Shown here: positions 30,285 to 40,301 of the stretch, piece by piece
Numbering within the stretch: the stretch's first letter is position 1
Layout of the letters: the number at the start of each line of letters is the position of its first letter
DNA from: a virus
Lineage: Duplodnaviria; Heunggongvirae; Uroviricota; Caudoviricetes
DNA: 63,143 nt
Reading direction: 5' to 3' (one strand)
IMG/VR virus record: IMGVR_UViG_3300035515_000158
Position numbers and translations under genes: made by a program
The notes under the pieces: model-generated
The model's input: the letters and a program-made list of their open reading frames with translations, nothing else
What the model was told of the DNA's origin: nothing
Database searches by the model: none

Positions 30285-30371
30285 CTTACAAAATTTTTAT
30301 ATAGATATTTATGACCTGTCTCAAAGGTGACATAAATATATTATAAATTGATTGAAAAAAATTGATAACAT

Positions 30372-33300
30372 ATGGCCGTTAGTGTAAATAATTCACTTAG
30401 TGATTTCTTGGAACAAAGTCTAATTCTCGAAAAGAATAGTCTTGAAACCATTTCTAAAATAAATGATGCGGTAGTTTCAACAGAAGATACCGTTACCTTA
30501 ACCTTGACTGATCCAAATGATTCAAGTCAAACTAAAACATATCAAATTCCTTCATTTGGTTATTTGAAAAATGCTATTACTCGATTGGATGCTAATATAT
30601 CTAATATGAGTAATATCACTTCATCAGGTAGTAGTATTCGATTATCTGATGGAACTTACAGAAAGATTATTGCTACTAAATTACCCAGTGAGGCACCAAC
30701 TATCACAACAGTAAATAATGTTACCAATTTTGAATTTAAGTCTAATTGGTTTTTTGAAGATTTGTTGAATCCCAGACTTTATATCTCATGGGATTTAAGT
30801 GACCAAATTAGTTCTGATACCACAAATGTCATAGTTCAAAGATACTTACTAAAATGTAATACCCCAATAAAGGTTACAATTTTTAACAGAACTTTCAAAG
30901 GGAAAAATAATATAAACTATAGTGATTTTGTAAAGACACTTGTAAGGTATCAAATTCAATATACTGTCGATGAGGATGTGAGACAATTACCTCCCCGTCA
31001 AAAAAGATATAGTGGTGAGTTTACTGTATTGAGAACAACATTACCTAAAGCAGATTATAATGGTAAAGTAACTAAGAACTATAAATTATCAACAATAGAA
31101 TATACTGATAATAATACAACTCTAACCAATTCAAGAAAGTTGGCTGTTGGTGATTATCTTGAAGTAGTAACCGATCCAGTAACAACAAGATATAAGGTTA
31201 CATATGTTGACACTAATACCAATCAAGTTCAATTATCTCTTATTGAGGGTGGTGAACCTGTGACCATCGGAACTAAACTTAAAATATACTCTGCTCAGGA
31301 TACTGATGTAAATATTGAAATTCCAGTTGGTTATGGGGAAAGAGAAGTAATCTTTATGAAACCTGTTGATCCAGATTCACAAATCCCAGCGAATGATTGG
31401 TCTCCCGGTGTTGGTTTTTATACAAATGAATTAACATATACAGATTCTAAAAATCAAAAAACAACATTAGCGAAATTCTATCAATCAACTGTGGTGGATT
31501 TTGGTCAAGTGATGTTGTCATATGCCATAGATTACTATCCAACAGTTAAAGAAGGTCGAACACCTACAAGACCAACATTAATTCAATCTAATTTTAAGGT
31601 AATTAGAATAAATGACCACCTAACAGAAAACTATGACACAATACAATCATTAGTATCAAGTAAACAAACCGCAAATAGTAACCTTAGTACAATTAATGAT
31701 AAGGTCGCTGCCCAGAAAATTTATCTACAAACAACATCCTTTGTAACAGAAGCGGATAAATCAGAAGCTTATAATACACTCGCAAGTTTGATATCTCAAC
31801 AATATTCAGCCTCACAAGAGTATTATTCATATGTAAACCAATTAAGTTCTCTAACCTCTGAAAACGGGTATATAGAACCTAAATATCGTGTAAGAGGTTT
31901 CTGGTCAATACCTAATCCTATTACATCAGCACAAACAGGGGAACAAAAGATTATAAAGTTCAAAGTTCGTTATAGATATCTGAGTGAAAATGGAACACAA
32001 AATGACATTGAAGAATATCCTATTGTAAACTCACAAAATACAGTAGTTGCCACTGCTAAGTTTTCAAATTGGATAGAGTTTGAAACAAAATGTCGTTCAC
32101 GTATTCTAAGTAATGGTGAATATAAATGGGCAGATGTTGATGTTACAGATGAGAATGATGTAAAGATAAACCAACTCGATATTCCAATTCGTTCCGGTGA
32201 ATCTGTTGAAATACAAGTTAAGTCTGTAAGTGAAGCGGGTTGGCCTTCTAATCCTTTAACATCAAGTTGGTCAAATTCAGTAGTAGTCAATTTCTCAGAT
32301 TATTCTAATTTAACACAAGCAGATACTTCATCATATATTCAACAAAACATGGTGGATGCGGCCTTAGCGACATATGCTAACACAACCCAAAATGTTTCAG
32401 AACACATGAACACATCATTCTATACAAATGATAAGTATTTTGCTCATACCGCTGAAACCATCACATCAGGTTTCTTGACAGATGAACAAACACCTATTAC
32501 ATTGTATGATAAACTAAAAGATTTGAACACACAAATATCAACATTAAATGATAAATTAAATCGTGCGTCTGTTGGTATGATAGTGACAGTTACTGATGAA
32601 GATAATAAAGTATATACATTAACTGAAGGTTCAACAACTTATATATATGCAGGTGATTATACAACCGCTAAAAAGTCAATAGATTCAAGTGAACAAACAG
32701 GTGCCATCATAACTAAAACATTCCAAATCGGTATTAGACCTGATGGTGATAGTGTTCTGGATATATTAAGTAAAGTGGTTGGTAATAGAACTTCAATGTG
32801 TCCTAGTTCAAGAGCTTATAACTATACTCAAGGTGAAGAACCGGAAGATACAACAACTACAACAAGTTCATCAAGTAGTTCAACATATGTAGCCACTAAT
32901 ACAACCGCAGAAGAAAGAGAAAAAATTCTAAATAGTTTTAATTTTAGTAGTAGTGGAAATACTAGTTATATGGACTTCATTAATAGAGAAAAACATTTAA
33001 TGGATGGTGTAACAACAATAACTGCAACAACGTCAGATATTGTAAAAGGAGTATCTAATACATATGGTCTTATTACTGCAGACACAAGTACAGGTATTAG
33101 TGTTCACAAACCAGATTATGAAGTGGATTATGAACTATACAACTACTTGAACTCATATGAATTGTATGATAATGTAATTAATCCTAAATCTATCGCCAGT
33201 GCTTACTATGCTACTCGTGGTCGTTATGATTTAGTTCCTATTAACTTGACAAATTCTGATATAATTGATTACCAAGTAGCTTCACCTAATATGTATCAAT

Positions 33301-34355
33301 CAGCTCAATGTTGTGGTCAATTTGTATATTGTCGTTTTACTAATATTGATGGAACAATGAACTTATATGCCAATGCACTGGATAATAATCAATATGGTTT
33401 ATATGATGACCTTTCATTCTTTGCCGAATCTGAAATTACTTATGGTAGTGAAAAGAATGCTGTAATTTGGACACAATTATATAAACAAAGAGTTGGAGGA
33501 AAATATACAATTAGTAAAACAAGAATAGCTAAAGATTTCATGTCTTTGATAGGTGAGGAAATCAATAATGTAACTGAAGATGCAGACTTCTACGAAAATG
33601 TATCGTTAGTTATGAATAGATTACCTATTACATATAATACTCAATCATCAACATCAAGTGTATCTAACAATACAACTTTATTAACTCGATTGGCAAATTC
33701 AGAGGATATATCAAATAATACAAGATATAATACCCTCTTGACAAATCGTTTGAAGAATGATAGTGGAACTAAAAATGCAACATATACTATCAAACCTAAA
33801 ATTCAAAATGCTTATGGGTTTGGTAATATTGTAGATAACATTCCAAGAAAAGATGGTTGTAGTCCTTGTTATTTGACCACACATAAAATTGGATATGAAT
33901 CAAAAGATAGATATGCAGAAGGAGAAGATAGTTGTAATTCATTCTTATTTTTAAGTCCTTCAAGTCATAGTAGTATCCAAGTAAGTGGTGATACTTCAAC
34001 TTCATCAAAGACTATCGAATCATCTGATGTGATTTATATTCCTATGGTGTTCCAATATCGTATGGAAGATATTAATGGTTATATATTTGGTGATTCATCT
34101 TATAATACATATACTGATGTTGTCCAAAAAACTAAGTATGCTAACATTATTGGTCTTGATATTTGGTCAGATGTTTTGTCAGATTTACCTAAACAATATG
34201 ACATTATAGTATATGCAACTTATGGTGGAACAACATTAAATACTGTTAATACAATCCAAACTAATACAGTTACACAATCAGTATTAAATGCCGCGAACTT
34301 AGCTAATTTGGGAAATGTAACTTTACTAAATAAATCAGTTTTAACATCCCACTAA
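30372..34355 (+). CDS. Large putative virion structural protein
   Basis: 1327 aa, S/T/N-rich, late promoter at 30331; no enzymatic motif recognised. Confidence 0.55.
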   Translation: MAVSVNNSLSDFLEQSLILEKNSLETISKINDAVVSTEDTVTLTLTDPNDSSQTKTYQIPSFGYLKNAITRLDANISNMSNITSSGSSIRLSDGTYRKIIATKLPSEAPTITTVNNVTNFEFKSNWFFEDLLNPRLYISWDLSDQISSDTTNVIVQRYLLKCNTPIKVTIFNRTFKGKNNINYSDFVKTLVRYQIQYTVDEDVRQLPPRQKRYSGEFTVLRTTLPKADYNGKVTKNYKLSTIEYTDNNTTLTNSRKLAVGDYLEVVTDPVTTRYKVTYVDTNTNQVQLSLIEGGEPVTIGTKLKIYSAQDTDVNIEIPVGYGEREVIFMKPVDPDSQIPANDWSPGVGFYTNELTYTDSKNQKTTLAKFYQSTVVDFGQVMLSYAIDYYPTVKEGRTPTRPTLIQSNFKVIRINDHLTENYDTIQSLVSSKQTANSNLSTINDKVAAQKIYLQTTSFVTEADKSEAYNTLASLISQQYSASQEYYSYVNQLSSLTSENGYIEPKYRVRGFWSIPNPITSAQTGEQKIIKFKVRYRYLSENGTQNDIEEYPIVNSQNTVVATAKFSNWIEFETKCRSRILSNGEYKWADVDVTDENDVKINQLDIPIRSGESVEIQVKSVSEAGWPSNPLTSSWSNSVVVNFSDYSNLTQADTSSYIQQNMVDAALATYANTTQNVSEHMNTSFYTNDKYFAHTAETITSGFLTDEQTPITLYDKLKDLNTQISTLNDKLNRASVGMIVTVTDEDNKVYTLTEGSTTYIYAGDYTTAKKSIDSSEQTGAIITKTFQIGIRPDGDSVLDILSKVVGNRTSMCPSSRAYNYTQGEEPEDTTTTTSSSSSSTYVATNTTAEEREKILNSFNFSSSGNTSYMDFINREKHLMDGVTTITATTSDIVKGVSNTYGLITADTSTGISVHKPDYEVDYELYNYLNSYELYDNVINPKSIASAYYATRGRYDLVPINLTNSDIIDYQVASPNMYQSAQCCGQFVYCRFTNIDGTMNLYANALDNNQYGLYDDLSFFAESEITYGSEKNAVIWTQLYKQRVGGKYTISKTRIAKDFMSLIGEEINNVTEDADFYENVSLVMNRLPITYNTQSSTSSVSNNTTLLTRLANSEDISNNTRYNTLLTNRLKNDSGTKNATYTIKPKIQNAYGFGNIVDNIPRKDGCSPCYLTTHKIGYESKDRYAEGEDSCNSFLFLSPSSHSSIQVSGDTSTSSKTIESSDVIYIPMVFQYRMEDINGYIFGDSSYNTYTDVVQKTKYANIIGLDIWSDVLSDLPKQYDIIVYATYGGTTLNTVNTIQTNTVTQSVLNAANLANLGNVTLLNKSVLTSH

Positions 34356-34407
34356 TATATAAAATGACTGAGAATCAAACATCTCAGTCATTTGTTATTT
34401 TTAAGTT

Positions 34408-34788
34408 ATGGAAGACAACAATATCGAATATATAAAAGAATTTATTAAAAAACATAATTATTCACCTAAGATAACTATACAAGTGGTAGGTGAACAATTA
34501 GATGAAAATATCGTATCTGTAAAATTCAATAAGAAAGATGTCAAGTTAGATAGGACATTTAAGATAGATGAAATTAGATATGATATAGATACTGATTTAC
34601 CAGATGATGTTTTTTTCAGGTATCTCGAATATCTTGAAAAAAATGAAGATGATGTTGATTACATATACTGGATGACTAAAATGAGTAATGGATATGAACC
34701 TATGGATATTGATTTTTCCAGTCGTGATCAATTGTTAGATGAAATAAATCAATCTTTAGCATATATAAAAAAGGTGATACAAAAATAA
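34408..34788 (+). CDS. Hypothetical protein
   Basis: 126-aa ORF between two hairpins. Confidence 0.65.
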   Translation: MEDNNIEYIKEFIKKHNYSPKITIQVVGEQLDENIVSVKFNKKDVKLDRTFKIDEIRYDIDTDLPDDVFFRYLEYLEKNEDDVDYIYWMTKMSNGYEPMDIDFSSRDQLLDEINQSLAYIKKVIQK

Positions 34789-34801
34789 AAAGTTGGGAAA
34801 A

Positions 34802-35428
34802 TTAATCTCCAACTTTTTTAATTCTTTTCAAAATACCTGTTATCTTGTATGATATTTTAAACCCAACTTCTACATATTCAAAATTAGCATTAATGACTTC
34901 CCATCCTTGTGAACCATAATCATTTAGGATTTTTTCAAATTCACCGGGTGTTTCAACATAGTCATTCAATACCTTGTACTCATAATTGTGATATTGTGTT
35001 GTTGTCTGAAATACTTTTTCTAAACTCTGTCCTTTATATATCGCTTCAGGAATATCTAAAGTATCCCGTTGAGTACCAGCAGATGTAATCGGTTCAGTTT
35101 CAGTCTTTTCTGTGATGACAATTTCTTCTTTCTCCGGTTCTTCCTTTGGTGTTTGTTTCTTATTGACAAATTCAAAATCCACATGATTAACTGAAGAAAT
35201 CTTTTTCACATGACTAACTTCAACATAGTTAATATCAGATGTGTCCTCAGTATTGTGAACTTCATATTTAGGAGGATCTGTCAATAAAACAATCTCATCA
35301 TCAAAATAAAACTTTTCAAATGGATTACGGTCATCTTTTCCTATAAAAATCATATCTCTTAATCTGGTAATAAAAGGTAGGAGAAATCCCCCTACCTTAT
35401 TTAATATTTTATTTTTCCTTAAATTCAT
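34802..35428 (-). CDS. Hypothetical protein with C-terminal DUF4177-like domain
   Basis: YEYKVL...FEKILNDYGSQGWEVI; start placed at MNLRK. Confidence 0.55.
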   Translation of the reverse strand: MNLRKNKILNKVGGFLLPFITRLRDMIFIGKDDRNPFEKFYFDDEIVLLTDPPKYEVHNTEDTSDINYVEVSHVKKISSVNHVDFEFVNKKQTPKEEPEKEEIVITEKTETEPITSAGTQRDTLDIPEAIYKGQSLEKVFQTTTQYHNYEYKVLNDYVETPGEFEKILNDYGSQGWEVINANFEYVEVGFKISYKITGILKRIKKVGD

Positions 35429-36068
35429 CACTTCCCCAGAAACCAATGTCATGAAGATACTGACTAAAACCAGAAAGTGCATCTTCAATGATTCTTAGAT
35501 TTCGTTTTGATACATCCTCTTTTGTTTCTTTGTCAGAAGTTTGAGGTGCTTCTTTCTTTTTAGGCTCAGTGTATGGATTTTTACAACAACCAGTATTGTC
35601 ATTCATACCTTTCAACACCCATCTATTAATATAACCATAAAGTTCACGATTATACATTTGTTTAGATTTTAATTCATTGATTTCATCTTCTAAGGTGTTG
35701 ATGATGTCACGATGTTGTTCAACCTTAGCGACCTTATCACGAACTTCATTTTCAAGGGTTTTAGTATCTATTGTAACTTCTTTTGCAATAGACTGAGCAT
35801 TTTCAATAGTAACACCTTTTAGTAAGTTAACTACCTTATCAGTCAAATCATATATCTTGTAACCACTTTTAACCTGATATGTCGTGGGAGCTAAGTCACT
35901 TAATTTAACAGGTTCTTTTACTTCTGTCTTTTTGTCCTCTACATCAGTGTAATATGATGAGATAAGGGTGTTCTCATTTAGTGAAAGTAGTGCCTTCTTC
36001 GCGGCCTCATTGAACTTAAATTCATCATCAAATGTCACACCATTGACATTACCAATAAACTTTCTCAT
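35409..36068 (-). CDS. Hypothetical coiled-coil protein
   Basis: 219-aa ORF with upstream TTTGTTATGTTTA. Confidence 0.65.
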   Translation of the reverse strand: MRKFIGNVNGVTFDDEFKFNEAAKKALLSLNENTLISSYYTDVEDKKTEVKEPVKLSDLAPTTYQVKSGYKIYDLTDKVVNLLKGVTIENAQSIAKEVTIDTKTLENEVRDKVAKVEQHRDIINTLEDEINELKSKQMYNRELYGYINRWVLKGMNDNTGCCKNPYTEPKKKEAPQTSDKETKEDVSKRNLRIIEDALSGFSQYLHDIGFWGSDEFKEK

Positions 36069-36107
36069 AATTAAAATACTTTAGATTTTATATTAAACAT
36101 AACAAAT

Positions 36108-36842
36108 TTAGTTGAATCGTTTTAACCAACCGAACATATTTTCCGGATATATCTTATGGGTTATTTTCTGTAAATGTTTAATCATTACTGCATCATATTC
36201 AAAACCAACAAGATATAATTTTGAATCATGTGAAGATGATACATCATTATATTTATTTAATGTTTGTATCTCATAGACAGACCATGAACGACATGGTTTG
36301 TTTTTATAACCATTGAGATACATTAACCAAAGATATGTCCGGTCATCATTGTATGTATTAATGATAGTTTCATCAACAATTTTTTCCCAGTTTTTCAACA
36401 TTTTTTTCTGGAATATTGATGTGACTGTATTTGTGTACATATCTTCAAGATTAACAGTGTGTTTTATACTTCCACTAACCGCATGATTTCCACCATAATA
36501 AAGAAAATCATTTACTCGACTTTCAATAACTGTATTTGGAGGTAAAAAATCATCATCCCAAGTCATAATAAGGTCATCATCATCAAGGTATTTTAATATA
36601 GGAAATACCTTCTTCATAGTTTTTGTATTATCATCAACCCATTTAATTGCAATGTGTTCATGTTCATTTATAAATTGAACTAAATCACTGGGTAGGTCTT
36701 GTTCACGATTTACAAATTCCTCTGTACTGAGTGTGAGTAATATTACATCAGGAGGTCTTGTGTTTGAGAGTATATTCTCTAATACTTTCTTTACATTATT
36801 AATCCTTTTGGGATATGATGTTATTGCAACTACTACTTTCAT
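36108..36842 (-). CDS. GT-A fold glycosyltransferase (GT2/GT64-like)
   Basis: VAITSYPKRI...PPDVILLTL...IMTWDDD. Confidence 0.7.
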   Translation of the reverse strand: MKVVVAITSYPKRINNVKKVLENILSNTRPPDVILLTLSTEEFVNREQDLPSDLVQFINEHEHIAIKWVDDNTKTMKKVFPILKYLDDDDLIMTWDDDFLPPNTVIESRVNDFLYYGGNHAVSGSIKHTVNLEDMYTNTVTSIFQKKMLKNWEKIVDETIINTYNDDRTYLWLMYLNGYKNKPCRSWSVYEIQTLNKYNDVSSSHDSKLYLVGFEYDAVMIKHLQKITHKIYPENMFGWLKRFN

Positions 36843-37165
36843 TTTTCTGATTTAATTATTTTATTCATGCCCAATAACCAACTTGAATAGTTAACAGGTC
36901 TTTCTTCTTCATCATCATATTTGTAATGATACCACAACATATATTCATCAGGATCAGCATTTAATTCAACATCTAAAATGATGTCTTCCATATATGCAAA
37001 ACTATTCCATTCCTCGATGAATACTATAGTCCCTGTAAATAAACCAACCCAACCCTTTTTCACATCATCAAAACAAAGAGAGTGTTTATCACAAAAAGCC
37101 CGTAAATATTCATTACAGGCTTTTTCATATGTTTTCCAGATATCGGATGAAAACTTACTATCCAT
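36839..37165 (-). CDS. Hypothetical protein
   Basis: 108-aa ORF, coupled to neighbours. Confidence 0.65.
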   Translation of the reverse strand: MDSKFSSDIWKTYEKACNEYLRAFCDKHSLCFDDVKKGWVGLFTGTIVFIEEWNSFAYMEDIILDVELNADPDEYMLWYHYKYDDEEERPVNYSSWLLGMNKIIKSEK

Positions 37166-38718
37166 TATTGATTACCTTTAAGTTTATCAACAATAGGTTG
37201 GTAACGTTCAGTATCCAACATTGATTTCAAAACAGTCCAAGGATCCGTTTCATCAGACATGACCATCTTCACAATGTTCACTGAGAAACCAGACAGGAGA
37301 ATAACACCTGCTTCGTTTTCTTGAACAGGAACTGTGTTGGTACGAGAGTTTACATTCCAAAACACAAGTTTAGGAAGTGTGTAACCATTTTGTTTGTAGA
37401 GGTCACTCAATCCATCAAACAGTGCCTTATCAACAAGTGAACCATTATCATAACCCCAACATGAAGTGGCATCATCAAATTCCATATCACTTACGATAAG
37501 AATTCGTTCAGGCATATCAGACTGTGACATCTTGTGTTTGATAGCGGTATTCAAAAGGAGCTTGAATACTTTTTCGATGTCTGTGTTTGAACAATCAGTG
37601 TATTTGATAACATGATTAATCTTATCACGAAGTGTGTCAAGTCCAACCAAGTCAATAAACTGGGGATTTGATGAAAACTCAATGAAACGGTTTTTATACT
37701 CACCTTCACAACGTTCAGCAAAGTAAACAGCCAATGAACGAGCGACATCAATAGCCTTTACATTTGTGTTAGGAATAGTTGATTCCATAGAACCAGAACC
37801 ATCACAAACACACATAGTATTTCCACATTCGCCAAGGTCATTGAGGTTTGACCACATTGCTTCAAGGGCTTGGTCTTCTGTCTCAATACCCTTCCAACGA
37901 AGATTGGTATTATAAAGATACTTACGCCAGATTTCATAAGGATACAAAGCTGACACATGCATGGTAGCCTTACTTTCAGGTTTACTCAATTCATCAAGAT
38001 ACTCACGACGACGGGTTTCATCATGACGAAGGAAGGCGTCACTGTAACGTAAGTTGGCATTGGATGAAACTTTGTTGTAGTCAATTTCACCCCAACGATT
38101 ACCACAGGTCTTCACCTCAGTAACATCAATATACTTACGGAGTTTTGACAACATCTTACGGTATTCATTGTTCTTGATATCCAATGATTTAATGATGTCA
38201 AGAGCCTGAATACGACTTTTCTTAGATGCATTGATAGAAGGCATCCACTTGGACAACAGAGAGATAGGTTTGTTCTCAGTGTAGTTGTGGAGGTCTTGAC
38301 GTAGTTGTTCCTTAATCACACGACAGCATTCCAGTTTGAGAGACTTATTACCACTGAAGGCAATGTCAACAACATCCTTCCATCGACCATATTCAGCAAT
38401 AAGGTTAATCAAAGAAACTGCTGTCTCCGGATAGTTTTCATAGAGAATCTTGAACAATGAAACGAAAGAATCTCGTTCACCAAGACCACCACGAATGTCA
38501 CGAAGGAAAAACAACCACTTAATGGTATATACAAAGTTCTCCTTAAGTGAGGTGATAAACTTTTGTTCATCTTCCTCATTAATACCACCACGAAGTGAAG
38601 GTACCTTAAAGTTGAGGTCAAGAAGGTCAGTACCAGTAGTTGTATAACCAATAGCACCATTTTCAGTCAGACCATACTGATTTGACTTTTCGATTTCTTT
38701 TTTGATTTCGTTCATCAT
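37165..38718 (-). CDS. DUF2828 family TROVE-like/vWA protein
   Basis: FFLRDIRGGLGER, SKWMPS, VCDGSGSM (MIDAS), SDMEFD, FWNV, LSGFS. Confidence 0.85.
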   Translation of the reverse strand: MMNEIKKEIEKSNQYGLTENGAIGYTTTGTDLLDLNFKVPSLRGGINEEDEQKFITSLKENFVYTIKWLFFLRDIRGGLGERDSFVSLFKILYENYPETAVSLINLIAEYGRWKDVVDIAFSGNKSLKLECCRVIKEQLRQDLHNYTENKPISLLSKWMPSINASKKSRIQALDIIKSLDIKNNEYRKMLSKLRKYIDVTEVKTCGNRWGEIDYNKVSSNANLRYSDAFLRHDETRRREYLDELSKPESKATMHVSALYPYEIWRKYLYNTNLRWKGIETEDQALEAMWSNLNDLGECGNTMCVCDGSGSMESTIPNTNVKAIDVARSLAVYFAERCEGEYKNRFIEFSSNPQFIDLVGLDTLRDKINHVIKYTDCSNTDIEKVFKLLLNTAIKHKMSQSDMPERILIVSDMEFDDATSCWGYDNGSLVDKALFDGLSDLYKQNGYTLPKLVFWNVNSRTNTVPVQENEAGVILLSGFSVNIVKMVMSDETDPWTVLKSMLDTERYQPIVDKLKGNQ

Positions 38719-38794
38719 ATCTTTATCAGTTTTAATTTTTTCTTTACTATTATAAAGATAACAACTTTTTTGTTGTTCCCTTTTATTTACAATA

Positions 38795-38826
38795 CAAAGT
38801 TACAAGAAAATTTTTAATCCACCAAA
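38795..38826 (-). promoter_or_regulatory. Bacteroidota sigma-A promoter (-33 TTTG, 20 nt, -7 TAACTTTG)
   Basis: Exact consensus and spacing, upstream of DUF2828 gene. Confidence 0.8.
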
Positions 38827-38830
38827 TTTT

Positions 38831-39832
38831 TTACAAACTTTTTGATGTTAAAACTTGCAAAAACTGTTCCTCAGTTAATTGACACCCAGCCGCTCCTGTA
38901 TGTCCACCACCACCATATTTAGATTTCAGATATTCTCCACAATGGAACTCATCTTCATCATGTGTGTTATATAGTGACAGTGCCCAGTTTCCATCTTTCA
39001 AATGTCTAAATATGATACCATGTCTGTATTCATCTTTAACTTCAGAAAAGTAATTAGAACCATATCCACTGGTTTCAAAAATCACACAAGCTTTATGATC
39101 ACCAGCTACTGTAAAAAGTGAACCATTCTCTCGTACGATTTTATGTCGTTTCAAATCTTCAGTTTTGTTATATCTTTCACCTTGTATTTCAAACTCTCTA
39201 ATCACATCACTTTGTTGGTCTTCTTTGAGTTTATAAGGAAGTGTCCCATTAATGTATTGAACATAATTAGATACATATTCAATAATAGTTTCTGCATCAA
39301 GATTGAACGCATTGTGAACGCCTGTGTTCACATTTCTAACATATTCCTTATCATAACCCCAAATATCAAATGACCATGAATCATAAGCTGACAATATATT
39401 CAATAGTTCAGGGTTAGGTAGACCATTTTCTTCATCATGTGTGTCAAGATTAAAAGGATTATACAACCAGTTCCACATATTAAGAATTGCAGATATTGTT
39501 GTACTTCTCGAACCCTCTATCATACACAGTTTATTTACTTCTTGAATGATAGGTTTGTGGTGATCAATCCAGATTAATTTATTTCCCAACTTTTTATACA
39601 GTTTCTCCATTTGGGGTGCCTTGAATGAAATGTCTGTAATGATAACATTCTCATATGTCTTGAAAAATTGTTTATCAAGACTAATGTTAGATATTTCATT
39701 ATGATTACACCCACTTAAAACTATTTGTTCCTTGGGTACATTCATTACTCTTGTGAGATAATCATACATAATGGCCATCGAAAATAAACCATCATTATCC
39801 TCACGATGATAAATAATAAGATACTGATACAT
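38831..39832 (-). CDS. DHH-family phosphoesterase (NrnB/oligoribonuclease-like)
   Basis: YH..DNDG, TDISF, IWIDHH, GGGGHTGAAG. Confidence 0.85.
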   Translation of the reverse strand: MYQYLIIYHREDNDGLFSMAIMYDYLTRVMNVPKEQIVLSGCNHNEISNISLDKQFFKTYENVIITDISFKAPQMEKLYKKLGNKLIWIDHHKPIIQEVNKLCMIEGSRSTTISAILNMWNWLYNPFNLDTHDEENGLPNPELLNILSAYDSWSFDIWGYDKEYVRNVNTGVHNAFNLDAETIIEYVSNYVQYINGTLPYKLKEDQQSDVIREFEIQGERYNKTEDLKRHKIVRENGSLFTVAGDHKACVIFETSGYGSNYFSEVKDEYRHGIIFRHLKDGNWALSLYNTHDEDEFHCGEYLKSKYGGGGHTGAAGCQLTEEQFLQVLTSKSL

Positions 39833-40299
39833 TATTTTAAACTTCTTTCAAATTCACGTTTCAAATCTCTCTCTTTAATGCTTTGGGATTTGTCATAGGT
39901 TTTCTTACCCTTTACCAGTGCAATGTCAACCTTGGCATACCCATGTTCATTTATATATAACTTAACAGGAACTATTGAATGACCACTTACTTTTATTTTT
40001 TCAGTTAGTTTTTTTAGTTCACGTTTAGTCAATAGTAACTTTCTATCTCGGTTGGGTTCAAGTTTGATATATCCTGAATTGTCATACTCATTGATATACA
40101 GGTTTTTAATATACAATTCACCATTCTCAAAAAAACAGTATGAATCAGTGAAGTTGACCTTACCCAATCGAATGGACTTTATCTCACATCCATTCAATAC
40201 AATACCACTCTGATAATTCTCTAAAATAGTATAGTCAAAATTAGCCTTTCGGTTTTTGGCTACTATTCGATTATTACCCATTATTCGATTTAGATTCAT
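39832..40299 (-). CDS. smpB: SsrA-binding protein SmpB
   Basis: NRKANFDY...GIVLNGCEIKSIR...RDRKLLLTKRE...IALVKGKKTYDK..SIKERD. Confidence 0.97.
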   Translation of the reverse strand: MNLNRIMGNNRIVAKNRKANFDYTILENYQSGIVLNGCEIKSIRLGKVNFTDSYCFFENGELYIKNLYINEYDNSGYIKLEPNRDRKLLLTKRELKKLTEKIKVSGHSIVPVKLYINEHGYAKVDIALVKGKKTYDKSQSIKERDLKREFERSLK

Positions 40300-40301
40300 T
40301 T

